The notes under the pieces were generated by a model that was given only the letters and a program-made list of their open reading frames with translations, did not search any database and had not been told where the DNA came from. Below, in pieces: positions 11,996 to 24,075 of a stretch of DNA of 64,000 nucleotides. The DNA is taken from positions 3,254,111 to 3,318,110 of the forward strand of contig OZ316897.1 in assembly GCA_973895155.1 (NCBI GenBank). The letters are read 5' to 3'. Both the position numbers and the translations under genes were made by a program. Numbering within the stretch: the first letter of the stretch is position 1; each line of letters opens with the position of its first letter. This stretch comes from Marsupella aquatica (Eukaryota > Plantae > Marchantiophyta).

Positions 11996-14900
11996 CCATA
12001 GGACTTTGCCCGTGGCAATCCTTTGACACACCCTATTGCTAATGTTTGGGCGGGTTTACTACCTATAACCCAGGCTGCAAGTATGTGGGAACAAGTTGAG
12101 GCATGGTAAACCCTGCCCAAACCTCACATATTCTATAGGGTCCCTAGTCAGGATCAAGCAGCAGAGGGCTAGCCCATACCACTATGAAGCTGTCCTCCAT
12201 CCTTGACCTCAGGTGCCATAACATTTAGACAGGTTGTCAAAACTGAATTAACTCGTGATGCAGAGCTACTAGAACATGGAAGGGCGTCCCACTGCTTTAC
12301 AACGCAAAACAGGTTGTGTTAATTGAATCCTTCTGCAGTTGTAGGGACTCTCAGGCTTTTTGCAAGTGGTTCTTCAGCATTCTCAGGGTAGTTTTTTACC
12401 CTTGTTCTCCCCTTTATTGTGTTTCTTACTTTTGGAATCCTGTCTCCAAGTTTGGCACTCCTGTCTCCAAATTTGTCATTTCTTGACATATGGCTGCAAA
12501 AGTTTACTAGGGATACTGATTATGTAGCCTCCACTTGTTGCCCATGCATTATGCCCATCAGAGAAAGAGAGGATCACAACAAAGAGAAGACTAAAGGAGA
12601 CATGGTGCCTTGGTCCAACATGCTATTAAATCCAATTCAGAGAAAAAACTTCTTGAATTAATTGTGAGAATTTTTTTGAAGGAAGACTCACTATGTTACC
12701 TTGGCCCCGCGCCCTCACCAATGCTCTACACTCTCATCTAAAATCCTTAGCAAGGGTGCATGATGAGGTCTTTGACAGAAATCAGATGTCAACTCAATTC
12801 AACAAAACTAAACTAAACTAAGGTACTTGCCAATTCACCAATTAACGGGAAATTCTATTAGTTATTTGTAGTTAACTGAGTGTGATATGGTTGCCCTGAC
12901 ACCTTTTATTTTTTATTAACAAAGGAGGGGATCTTGTACACAGGCCCTTCCCAAAACTAATGTATAAAAATTGAGTGTGCTTTCAAACATTTTCAACGAA
13001 TAAAAATATTCTACCCAGATAGTTCTTTCTTTGTAAATATATTTGAATGTAATTGAACCTCTAACAAAATACCATAAATGGAAAATTGACTCATCCAAAA
13101 GAGCAGAAGAGAAAAGGGCATGGGCTTTGTGCTAACAATCTAAACGAATAATCGTCAATTATGGATCAAATGTCAGTTTGGGTGTAGGGTGATAAAAGAT
13201 TACTCAAGGGTAACTGAGTTCCAGTGTAAACTAAGACAAAACTGATGAGCGAGCATGGATGTGTGCGTGGGAGCCAAATGTACCACAGACAGGATCCCAC
13301 GGGCAGAGAGAGCGAGAGAGAGACCCCATTTATTAGACGAAGAAAAAACCATCTGCTCTCCCTTGCTGCTGTAGTTTGTAGTTGCTCCCGCCCCCCATTC
13401 CCTCTGCGCAGTGGGGCTCCCCTGCTACACCCCCCGCCCTGCCCCCCGCGACTTTCCCCCCTCCAGCCGCGACACCAAGCACGACAGTAAGCTTTCCTGC
13501 GTTAGGGGCGGGCCGTGAAATGAAGCTTTTGTACACAGTACGCCTCCTCTCACCCGGCCGTTGTGAAAACCGTCGGGCCAGCAGGCCAAACCACGATCCG
13601 ACCCTGGGGGACTTTGACCATGGCTGACCACCCTGACCCATCCCCTTCTCGCGACGTACCCGACGTGGTCACAAATACACGACCGCGTAGAGGGCGATCA
13701 CACGAGCCAGGCGTAAAATTTGGAACTTCTGACGGAAGCAAGTTTGCGTTTTTCTATCCTAGTCATAAATGAAATTACTGACTTTGAAATTAGTAATTTG
13801 AGTTTGTTAGTCTCTAATTGACGTTGGTAACCCTACTCTGAGAGTAGAGGATATCACTAATTGTGGTGAGAATTTTTGCTAAGCCTAGTGTGGGCTGGAT
13901 TTCCATGATTGGGAGCAATTCCCATTTGTCAAGTAGGATTCCATGACGGGGAGCAATATTTCTCAAATAGAGTGCATATAGTGGATGAAGATTGGGTGAC
14001 TCTGCCCACATCATAAAATGAGATTATTGACTCAAACATCCTATACTTAGTACTGAATACTCAATACCTAATACTTAGAATGGAGCTGGACGACTAATGA
14101 AAGAAAGAATAGCAAGGAATTAAAGTTTTTTTTAAACCAGCATTGTCACCCATAACTCCTTGCAGTTCCTGTCAGTAGTTACTTCTGGTAAAATTCTGAG
14201 CATTACAAAGAAGAAACGAAGATCAGAACTAAGAAAAGAAAAAAACTTTTGGAGAGTTTTCCTTCATCCTTCATATGACGGGTCTCAATTTCAAGATACC
14301 ACTAATTTAACTTATTCACTAAGAAAGTTATCCTTACTACCTTGTTCAGGAGTATTGGTGGAAATATTGTTGATAAGGTAAATGGGAGGGTTAAACAAAA
14401 AGTACGATACTTTTTGAGTGAAAGAGAGGTACAATATCGCCTGCATCTTGAATGTACCTTGTGCTACATTGAGGGGGGCTTTGTTCACTTGCTACAAATT
14501 GATCTAAAACCCATGACACATGAAAACATTATAAGCAATGGACATATAAACATTTATGGACAAGGTCACGCCTGGCTTGGCTGGGTGAGAGTAGGACTGG
14601 GCACCAATACCAATAAGAAAATGAAAAAACTGTAAACTAAGTAATTAAATGAAAGATTTTAAGGGGGTTTATGGAAAACTGAGGATGGACAAAATTAAAA
14701 CATAAGTATAAGGGTAACAAAAACCTCTGGGACAACAAGGTTAAAAACATTAAGAGGAGGACCAAAAAATCTGAGGACACAAGAAAGGTGAATAGTGAGG
14801 GAGTCACTGTGGGCTAACACATTATAGTGGTCAATATCTACTCAACAGGTTTCAGCCTTGGATGGCCATCTTCCATGATCTGAGCACGTTGCCCCTCCAC

Positions 14901-15435
14901 TGACATTAAACAAAAACTTAAAAGTGGATAAATGATCTAAAATGACATGTTGATATTTTACTCGTCTTCGTTTCTCATTCAGTTTCGCTCACAAGTTTTG
15001 TGAGTCCTTTTAAAAACGTCAAAGATAGCCATTCGAATTGCAAGAAATAGCGCCAACCTTAACAAAGACCTTGCAAAATGGGAGCATCCCAAGAGAAAAG
15101 GCGCTAAACCCTAAGACTCTGAAAACCCTTGTCGTCAGTTGAGTCTCCTAGCAAACTAATCTAACTGTTAGCCATTTCGAAGAAGATGTACGTGACAGAA
15201 CTGTGGCTCATGCTGTCAAAGCTGAACGCCATACTTTCGAGGTATCCACAAAGTCACCACGCATGACACTTGGCCATCATGAGGTCGCACAAACATAAAT
15301 GTTTTTCATGGGTATTTGATTAGGCGAGTACTGTGGATGGACTTTTACTTACAAGAGTCAAAATGCATGTGAATCTACACAGCAAACTTTTCTTTCGTTA
15401 CTTGCAGACAATATCTGTAGTACAAGGCCTCCACA

Positions 15436-18400
15436 CTACGTTTGTGGAATCAGTGGGTCCCTGCTTGATTCTGCAGGAACAGGTTGAGGTTGTCCATCGT
15501 AATGGAAGCGGAAAATGCTTGAGAAATCCTCGTGACTGTGGCCCTTTTTACAAAGAGTAGAATACCTTCATCACCACCAGAACACTTAGCTTTGTAAGAA
15601 ATTGTTACGGACAAGGCACGCAAACATGGATGAGTTGCCTCATCTTCACTCCAGGAGCAACGGGCTACTGTAATCTCAATCGCAGCACAACCTTGTCAAA
15701 GCAGGGAAACTGAAACACAGGCCTGTTTGTAGACAACGTTTATCAGAGATAAGCTTGAAGGCCAACGTAGATTTCAGTAAGAATTAGTTAGAATAATTGT
15801 GAGCATTGCATGCGAAGCAAAGAGTTTGAGGATACTCAGTTCGGCAGAGCAAGCACAGAATTCAATTCAAAAACTCAATAGTAGTGGCAGGGTCTCCTCA
15901 CATTGCATGAACTTGCTCGGTTAAGGGGACAGCGATGCCCGACTCCTCAGCAGCTCTTAGTGCCAGTCCTAGATCTTTTGTCTGCAATTTAAGCAAGCAT
16001 CTATGAAACGCTATCGATCAGTTTGATGAGGCATACAATCATAAACAAGATGATAAATCGACAGAACTTTGCAATTTCCTGCTGGACTCATTCGTTTCTG
16101 AGCATTGATTTGCAATAGAAATTAACAATCAACTTAGAAATGATTACTTAAGCTTATGTACCACGTAAGCCGTAAAGTCCACATTCTGGCTCCATATTCG
16201 TCGATGGTCAGTTTTTTGAATTACTGCACAGGCTCCACAAACTCCTGAAATTTCCTTTCTCAGAACTTAGGAGTGATCTACAAAATGAGGTGTATAACCA
16301 AAGCCAAATGCTTACCAGCAACTGGCAAGAGAATCCTCCCTGATAATCTCGTGATGCAGGAACGCCCTCCATGACTCCAGGGACTGGGTTGTAGGTGTCA
16401 CTGTTCAAAAACATAATCACCCAGCCCGTCCATCATCACCTGTCAGAGTATATTTGCAGGCACACAGCCTTGAAGAAGTTCTAAACTCAACTCCTGGTGG
16501 CCTTGTGAAGGAAAATACCCACCTGCTCCAGCAGCGAGCACTAGAAGAGTTGAAAATCTTTGACAGCGTGATGGCATCAATACCCAAGCGCTGTCCAAGA
16601 GCATACGCCTCTGAGACTCCTGCCATAGTAATACCCATTGCCAAATTGTTGCACACTTTTGCCGCCTGCGCAATTCAAGCCATGACTTATGAATATGTAC
16701 CTGTATGAGAACTTAAAGAGTATACCGTCTCTCTTCCAGCCCTCCCCGCGTAAGCGAAGTTTAATCTTCTCTGTGGGAACTCATCTCAAGGTGGCTCTCA
16801 CAGAAAGATGAAAAAACTTAAGCAGACAACCACCAGATTTCTATGGTTAACAAAAAAATCATCAACAGAGAGGTAGTAGGTTTGAGAAAATCGTCCGGAG
16901 TATTATTACTTAGTGATCAGGTTGCGGAGAGGAGAGCGGAGCAGGGATGCTTACTGCACCATTGCCAGGTCCTCCACAGTGCACAACTCTCGTTCCCATT
17001 GCGTTGAGTAAAGGCAATGCTTCATTCAAGCCCTCCTCCTCGCCACCAACCTATGCACCAGCCGAATAACTCAAATAAAATCCAAGGTGCACAGTGCAAA
17101 TAGTCTGAGTGTCTTTAAGCTTCTAGACAAAAAACTATTTAAGGTGAAACAAATAAAAATGCAGCAAAATAATAGAACTGGTGTGAATGTCAAACCCCAG
17201 GAAGATCTCAGCAGCATTGATACAATACTTGGGGCGTCTTGTAAAGCTGGTACCTAAATAATGATAAGATTTCTAAACACATATACATTTTCTCCATGAA
17301 AGAGGGACATTGATGCATATGAAAAGGGAATCGAGCAGTCATCCACAATGCTCATGACGCCGTGTGTAAGAGACAATCCGCATACCATAAATGTCAATCT
17401 TCCTGCCTGTGCTCCACCCACACCGCCGGAAACCGGAGCATCAAGCATCTTTGCTGTTCGAGATCCAGAATTTCCTGCGTACAATTTAACAACAAACAGT
17501 TCTTATCGTGATCACTGTAAAGTTTGCTTCTCCATTAGTCGGTAACAGATCTCTCAAAGGTCCAGGGGTACTGTGAAAGGCAACAACTAAGTATATATGG
17601 TCGAAATATTTAACCAAAGGGGCTGCGACCCTGGACCAACTTTGAACCCTGTTTGCAAAGAACTTCTTCGGGTTTACGACTTTGACAAGGGTACAACACA
17701 TTGATGCCAGCACAGTAATAAAAAGTAATCTTACTTGGTCTAGCTGCCAGTGTACACACAGCCACTTTAGACGCCAGAAGCCGACAAGTTTCAGGATCAA
17801 TGGTCGAGCAATCAATAAGTAATGATGGCCGTAATGCTCTAGTGTTGGTCAGTAACCCGTTTGATCCTGTGTAAACCTCCTGCACCTGGCGCACAACTAT
17901 CCATTAATGTAGGAATCGACAAAACCACAGCAGAGAGGACTACTGTACTGTGATAAATTGCAATTGCACTTCTCGGTAAACTCCATATAGGGTGCTCCCT
18001 AAGTCTAAATTTTTATAGAGTAGGAAGAATAGCAGAGGTTTCTGAATTCATAGTACTAGCTCAAACGTGTATCTTCAATGTCTCGCAGGCAATGTACACT
18101 TAATACATAGAAAGGGAGACCATTAAATATACACGACTTTTTATCATTGACCAGCCTTTCCATAACATCTCTGTTATCACCCAGATTGTCCGTTGCAGCC
18201 ATCCTTAGGAGACTGCAGAAATACACAACAACAACATCTCTCGGCGGTAGCGAATTTAGCACAAGATAATAGGACATATTGTATCGTTAGACACTACATC
18301 ATTTTATCTTTATTTAATTCTGTTGTGATCGGCAAATAGCCATTGGCCGCTTACATGGGCTGAGGCAGGCAGCATTGTTATAACGACGTCACTCTGTTCC

Positions 18401-19989
18401 GCTACTTCGTATGCACTTTGTGCAATCGAGGCTCCTCTTTCAGCGAAGGCCTGCATTGCATCTGTGTTCCTATCCAGTAACCATCCCGAGTCCACCATAT
18501 AGTTCAGAGAAAGACGATTTACGACAAAGCAATTTCTTCCAGAATTTTCCCTCACAAGAGATAGGCAGGCAGGTGACCATGATAGAACACAAGCCCTAGC
18601 TACTATTTACCAACCCAGCCCTACTTTTCGACCCAGACAAGGAATACCTGTGCGCATAGCAATGAAACCTGACTCACAAAGAACCATGATTCTGCTGTCA
18701 GCCAAAACTCACTCGAGAAAAAACTATTGTAGACTCCTGGCTAGAACATTAGGGATGATCCTTGATTCTAAATTCGCATCCAAGGTACAGAATTAGTACT
18801 ATATGACAGGTTGAAGTACATGAGATTAAACATTAGGTCTCGCCCAGCGACTCGTCTCCATTATAAGCATCTCACAGGCAGTGGGCTTGAAGAAGAGGAG
18901 TAAGGTTTTTAGAGTCTGACTACACAACGTACCTGTCGTAGACACAGAGGGAGTGGCCCGCTTTGAGTAAGTTTGTAGCCATGTGCGAGCCCATGTTCCC
19001 AAGCCCGATGAATCCTACATTCTGAAATGATTGTGCATCAAGTCATTATTCGTTTCAGAACCTAAGATAGGATTCAATGCAAATTTTGCGAGCTCAACTA
19101 AGAACAGCCACTCATGCTTCACTCTCAGTCGTCGAATTTGTACTAAACTCTATTTTGACTCCATCAAGCGACAGTGCACAGCAGGCCCTGAACAATGACA
19201 GAGACCAGAATCACTCTTGCTAAGGCTAACACTCCCCATACTGAACCACTCCACAATCATTCAGAGGCAGCGTGATGGAATAGAACTACCAGTTGCAATG
19301 GGTGCTTTTGCTGAGTACAATCAATCAATTTAAACCTTGGAACTAAATCTCAGTCACAGAGGAGATGAGCTGTGCATTACATGTTTAAAATTGACGATGC
19401 TAATTTTCTATATCTCGGACTCTTTTGTGGTCAGCGGATAAATTTAGTGGGTCTACTCACTACTAAATATGATGGAGGAACATTATGATTTCTGTCTTTA
19501 TGACTACAAACGAAGACGAAGCGACTTCTCTTCAGAAATCACTTTTACAACTTTTAAATGGATGGACTGGGATTCCTTCCCACAACTTCTTCCGAGAGGA
19601 AATTCAAGAGAGATTCTCTAAATAATTCTTCGAGGGTGTACGTCACTACCTTAATTTCAGCGCACTAAAACTAACGAGTTTCTCCGTCGACAGCAAAATT
19701 ATGTTTCAATGTAACTCGCCTGAAGAGACTCCAATGACTTTTCTACAAGCCAAAAACAGCCTACAACGTTCTACAACCCCAATCTGCTCTAGACACTCTA
19801 AAAGCATCCGCGACCACCGACCTGAGAAGTGCTGGTGACACACCCATCAGAGAACCTCCGCGTTTGAGCTGAAAATGGCGATTGAGCTGAGACCAATGAA
19901 GCGCCGCGGCAAGTCGACGTTGTTGAAGAAGAGAGGCGCGTTGCAAACGTACATCGAAACAGCAGCATACCCAGACATTTCTTCACCAT
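15436..19989 (-). CDS. HIBADH: 3-hydroxyisobutyrate dehydrogenase, mitochondrial (about 10 exons)
   Basis: Exon 1 (19989-19822) is an S/T/R-rich transit peptide. Later exons give [102 protein letters not shown] and DFSSIF. Stop TAG at 15438-15436. Confidence 0.93.
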
Positions 19990-20070
19990 GTTGAAAATAA
20001 TAATGGTCTATCTGCGATAAGAATGAAATGTTACAGAGGCGGAGAGGAGAGATGATGGGTGGGAAAGCGG

Positions 20071-20325
20071 ACAAACGAGTGCGAAGTTAAGAATGCAGAA
20101 ACTCAAATCAGGGCTATAAGGACAACAACTGAAGCTTGGAATTGCGATCTCAAGCACAAATGGGTGCGAAGTTCTGAATGCAGTAACACAATTCAGAGCT
20201 GAAAGGGCAATAATTGAACCTTAAAATTGCGATCCCGGGGACAAATGGGTGCGAAGCTCAGAGTGCAGATACACAATCCAGAGCGCTTTAAGAACAAATC
20301 AAGCTCGAAATTGTGCTCGCAAACT
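20071..20325. repeat. Three diverged 85-bp tandem units upstream of the HIBADH start codon
   Basis: acaaa(c/t)g(a/g)gtgcgaag..tgcag..aattg(c/t)g at 20071, 20156 and 20241. Confidence 0.8.
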
Positions 20326-23300
20326 TGGAACTAAAGGAGAGAAATCAGCATCAAACTCCGAACAGAGGAGCTGAGAGTTATCTACAAGTTGCAAAGGCAG
20401 ACTCAAAATAGAAGTACGGAGTCAGTTTCGCAATAGTACCGTAATGTATTGTACAGTCGCTTCTTCCTAAGTACACACTCCATAAGTGCAAAACCGGCTA
20501 ATTGCAAGGCATCCCATTGCTCGCTTTCTCCAGACCAGTTTGCTCTTGTTTTTTGTAGAACCTGGAAGTGCAAAGAGAGCAGCACCACACGACAAATATA
20601 TAAGTGGGAAATCCTCTACAAATGTTTATGAACGCTTGTGACTAAAGCGTACAATTGATAAGTGCACTCATTTTTCAGTTCGAGGAAGTTGCACTTATGA
20701 GATAGGGGATGACGTTTGGGGCGGGAATGTACAATTTAGGAAGGAAATGACAAGAATGCTGACTGAGAGAGGGCCCATTGCATATCGAGGTACTGTAGAC
20801 TATTATTCATAAACGCAAGTTCCAAATTTTGCCGCTTACAATGGAGGGTTAAGTCTACAAGTGGCCTCTTCCTAGCGGTGTGTGCACTTAAGGAGAGGCA
20901 ACAGCAGTGGCAATCACGGAGGAAAAGTCACAAATGCGACAAAATAGCAGGCATTTGCCTTTTCAGGTAAGGTGGGGTGGGACAGGAGGTTCTTCAATCT
21001 TTTCATTTTACAGCCTTAAAATATTTACTCATTGTGAACCTGACAAGACCTGCACCCACAGTAGATCTGTTAAGATTTCCCCTATTGACCCTAGACCTAC
21101 TTGGTGCCATGGATGGACATGATCGCCAAAGCCCAGAAATGGATTATGCCTGCCAAGTTTTGAATCTGATTTTTTGCCAATTAGGGATATTTTTGGATTT
21201 GTGAGAACCTATGAACCCATCCTCACATGGAAGAATTACAGGTGTGAATCTGAAAGAGAATGCCAGTTTGCCTCACTAGATGTTGAGGCTGTGATGCCCG
21301 TGCTGTGGTAAGTAGTATCTGAGATTGACTACTTTGCCAAATCCTTTCTCTGAAATTGCTACCTTCCCACTCTTTTTAGTTAGAATTAGCCTGATTACCC
21401 ATTCCTTGAATAAAGAGCTGACCGCAAAAAAAACCTCAGTTGCAAAATAGAGGTTCTGAGTTAGTTTACTGTTTCTTGTTGATTTTTGCCCCCGTCCCTC
21501 TTGTTTTATTTATCTCCACCCTCATTTTCAGTTATGTCTTGAGAGTCACGGTGTAGCGTTTTCACTATAGATGGCCCAGGGAGAAAATTTTTGACTGGGA
21601 GATGAGGAGAAAAGCCTCAAGAGAAAAGAATTCAGATATGTCACTTCCTCTTCATCATGGCCCCCATTGTGTTTTTGGGTCTGCACCCTAAACCCTTTTT
21701 GTGTACACCCTCACAACCTCACTTTCAGTTATGCCCTCACTTAGAGTTGCAGTATACTGGCTTCACTCTAGAGAGTAGGCCCAGAAAGTAACTTCTGATC
21801 GCTCTGTATTAGTAAGATGTTGCGTTTTTCCCTTGGTTTTTCCCGCACCACATGTTAACCATGTATGGATAAGTAAGGTCAAAACGGCCAAAGTCATGAA
21901 ATATCTATGCATCCAACGGCTAGGAAGTGCCTTTACGTAAAGACTTTTGTGATTTTTCTCTTTGTATTTCTGAGTGCATTAATTCCCCAGACAGCCTCCC
22001 TTCTTTTGAGGAGGGCATTATGTGAAGTATCACTAGAACATTAAAGGTAATTAAAACCCAAATATAGTGTTAACCAAGTAAGTAACATAATATCTTGTAT
22101 CAAAATTACAAGATTTGTTTTTAACTTTTTTCATGCCGTTGGCCAATTGCATGCCCTTTTGCTTGGATTTTCTATTCAAAGTTTCACTTTTTCTTGTTTG
22201 TTACCTAAAAATCACTCAAGTTTTTACTTACATTAATGTCCTAGTTACTGGCATTATGAGAATAATGCACTCAAAACTTGGGCTACTGCCCTGGCTTGTT
22301 GGCATTATATCTCATAATGCACTCTAACCAGGACATTATACTATTCAAACCCACACCCAACTCATAGTGCCACAATCGAAGGGGTGGTTTGTCTAGGGTG
22401 AGCTCACCCACCCGGCTCTCCTCCTCTTTTAGCTCAACATTTTCATACCTTCCAAAATCGATTCCCTGCCGTTTCAATTGTAGTTTCTAGCGCAGCAGCA
22501 AACTGACAGAACCATGGAGAAAACGCAAGTTCCTACTGCACAATCGAGCTTCTACTTCCACAACACATATCTTTGCATCATTTTGGTTGTTGGTTTTAAT
22601 GAGGCAACAAGTGTAAAGTGAGCAAACTCTGTATGACCAAGGAGAAATTGCACTAAAGTAGCTCGATTGGTTGCATTCTTGGTCTTTTGTTATACTGTAG
22701 AACTAGAAGACTCATAAATCTGCTGCAATCTCCTAAATATGCAGCCTGAGCGTTCGAACCGTGTGGCCAGTCTGACGACCAATCAGGCTTTTGAAACGAG
22801 TCCCCTTGAATTTGGACAACTGAAGAATGTATACATATTGTCTTGACTGAGTGTCTATTTCCTGTGCCGCAAATATGGCAGGTAACTTTGAGGGTTTTAA
22901 AGATTATTACTTTACAACCTACAAAGGTTCTGAGCACAATTTGATGCGTTTCATGATTATTATCCAAGATCCTTGGTGGAGTGTTATATGTCATATATAT
23001 TTGGGTGAGTGTTACATCAGAACTGCAGTGAGTTTCCTTCCGTCTAGATTAATTTTTAAAGCTCACTCCTGTAGCAAGTTTGCTTAGTTTAATTCATGTT
23101 CTATGAATGTTCTGTGGCTTTTCTGCCATTTGAGAAATATCTTGATGGTTTTACACAAACATAGTTCTGAATTGAATTTGGCCTGGTAGATACAAAATTC
23201 ATTGCAACTGCACCAAAAGCTGACAGTCAGAAACCCCCAGTTGAAAGATTGACGATCCCCAATTTTTTTGTCCATTAGAAAGCAAGGTACATCAAGAGGC

Positions 23301-23426
23301 TCGACTCTTTGCTGTTTCTGAACCAGCAAACAAATAGAAATCTCGCTCAATCGAGGAAACTAACGAACCAGCAACAAGGTGTTGATGGACAAAAGCAGGC
23401 ATTGGTTCACATTTTCGATGCGGCCT

Positions 23427-24075
23427 TCAATGGAAGTCGGCTCTGATAACTTCATCCTTCATTCCTAGTCCTAGAGCCTCAAGATGTGCACCATTCTCCA
23501 TTTTTAGGCCAGGCAACAACAACGCTCTCGTGCCGATGAATGTATCGTCGCCAAGAAGGTTAGACTTGAACGCCACCTTTTCTCCCTCGTACAAATGGCC
23601 GAAGAGGAGAGTGTTGCGGCCGATAGCACTCCGCACTCCAACTCGGAGCTGATCAGGGTTCATGGCGTGGAGTGTGTCGATGTACACACTACTGTCCTCG
23701 ATGGAAGCCCCCAAGCCTTGAAGATACCAAGTGCAGAAGGCAGACCCCTTGCCCAACTCCAGAAACGTGCTACCGATTGTCTGGTTGAGGACGTCCCATA
23801 TGGTATGGCGGAGGGTAGAGGCGCTCCACAATTCTTGAGTTTGGCCATCAGTGATTTTCCAAGATATGACCCATTTGCAAATTATGCCCAAGGTAGCACA
23901 CAGAAGGCTTGTGCAGAAGTAGGCAACGGGGAGGAGCCCATACATCCACTGTTTGCCTGCATTGGCCCCTACAATCCCAAGAGCAAGAAGGGATGGATAC
24001 AGGGACAGAGTCAGGAACGCCATCGGTGTTACCACTTGCAAGATCGGTTGGACGAAACGTATGAAAGACAGATCG
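23427..24075 (-). other. Domain 7 (exon 18): third TM + left-handed beta-helix module
   Basis: Two hydrophobic helices, then ICKWVI..ELWS..WYLQGLGASIE..NPDQLRVGVRSAIGRNTLLFGHLYEG..LGDDTFIGTRALLLPG..LEALGLGMKDEVI. Confidence 0.8.

Noticed and set aside
13245-13780. GC-rich island with several overlapping short ORFs
   Set aside because: Low-complexity Pro/Gly-rich translations with no domain or splice structure; more likely a repeat or promoter-like island.
20071-20325. Regularly spaced repeats resembling a CRISPR array (also 56228-56415)
   Set aside because: Whole units are homologous with no unique spacers, there are no cas genes, and the context is eukaryotic.
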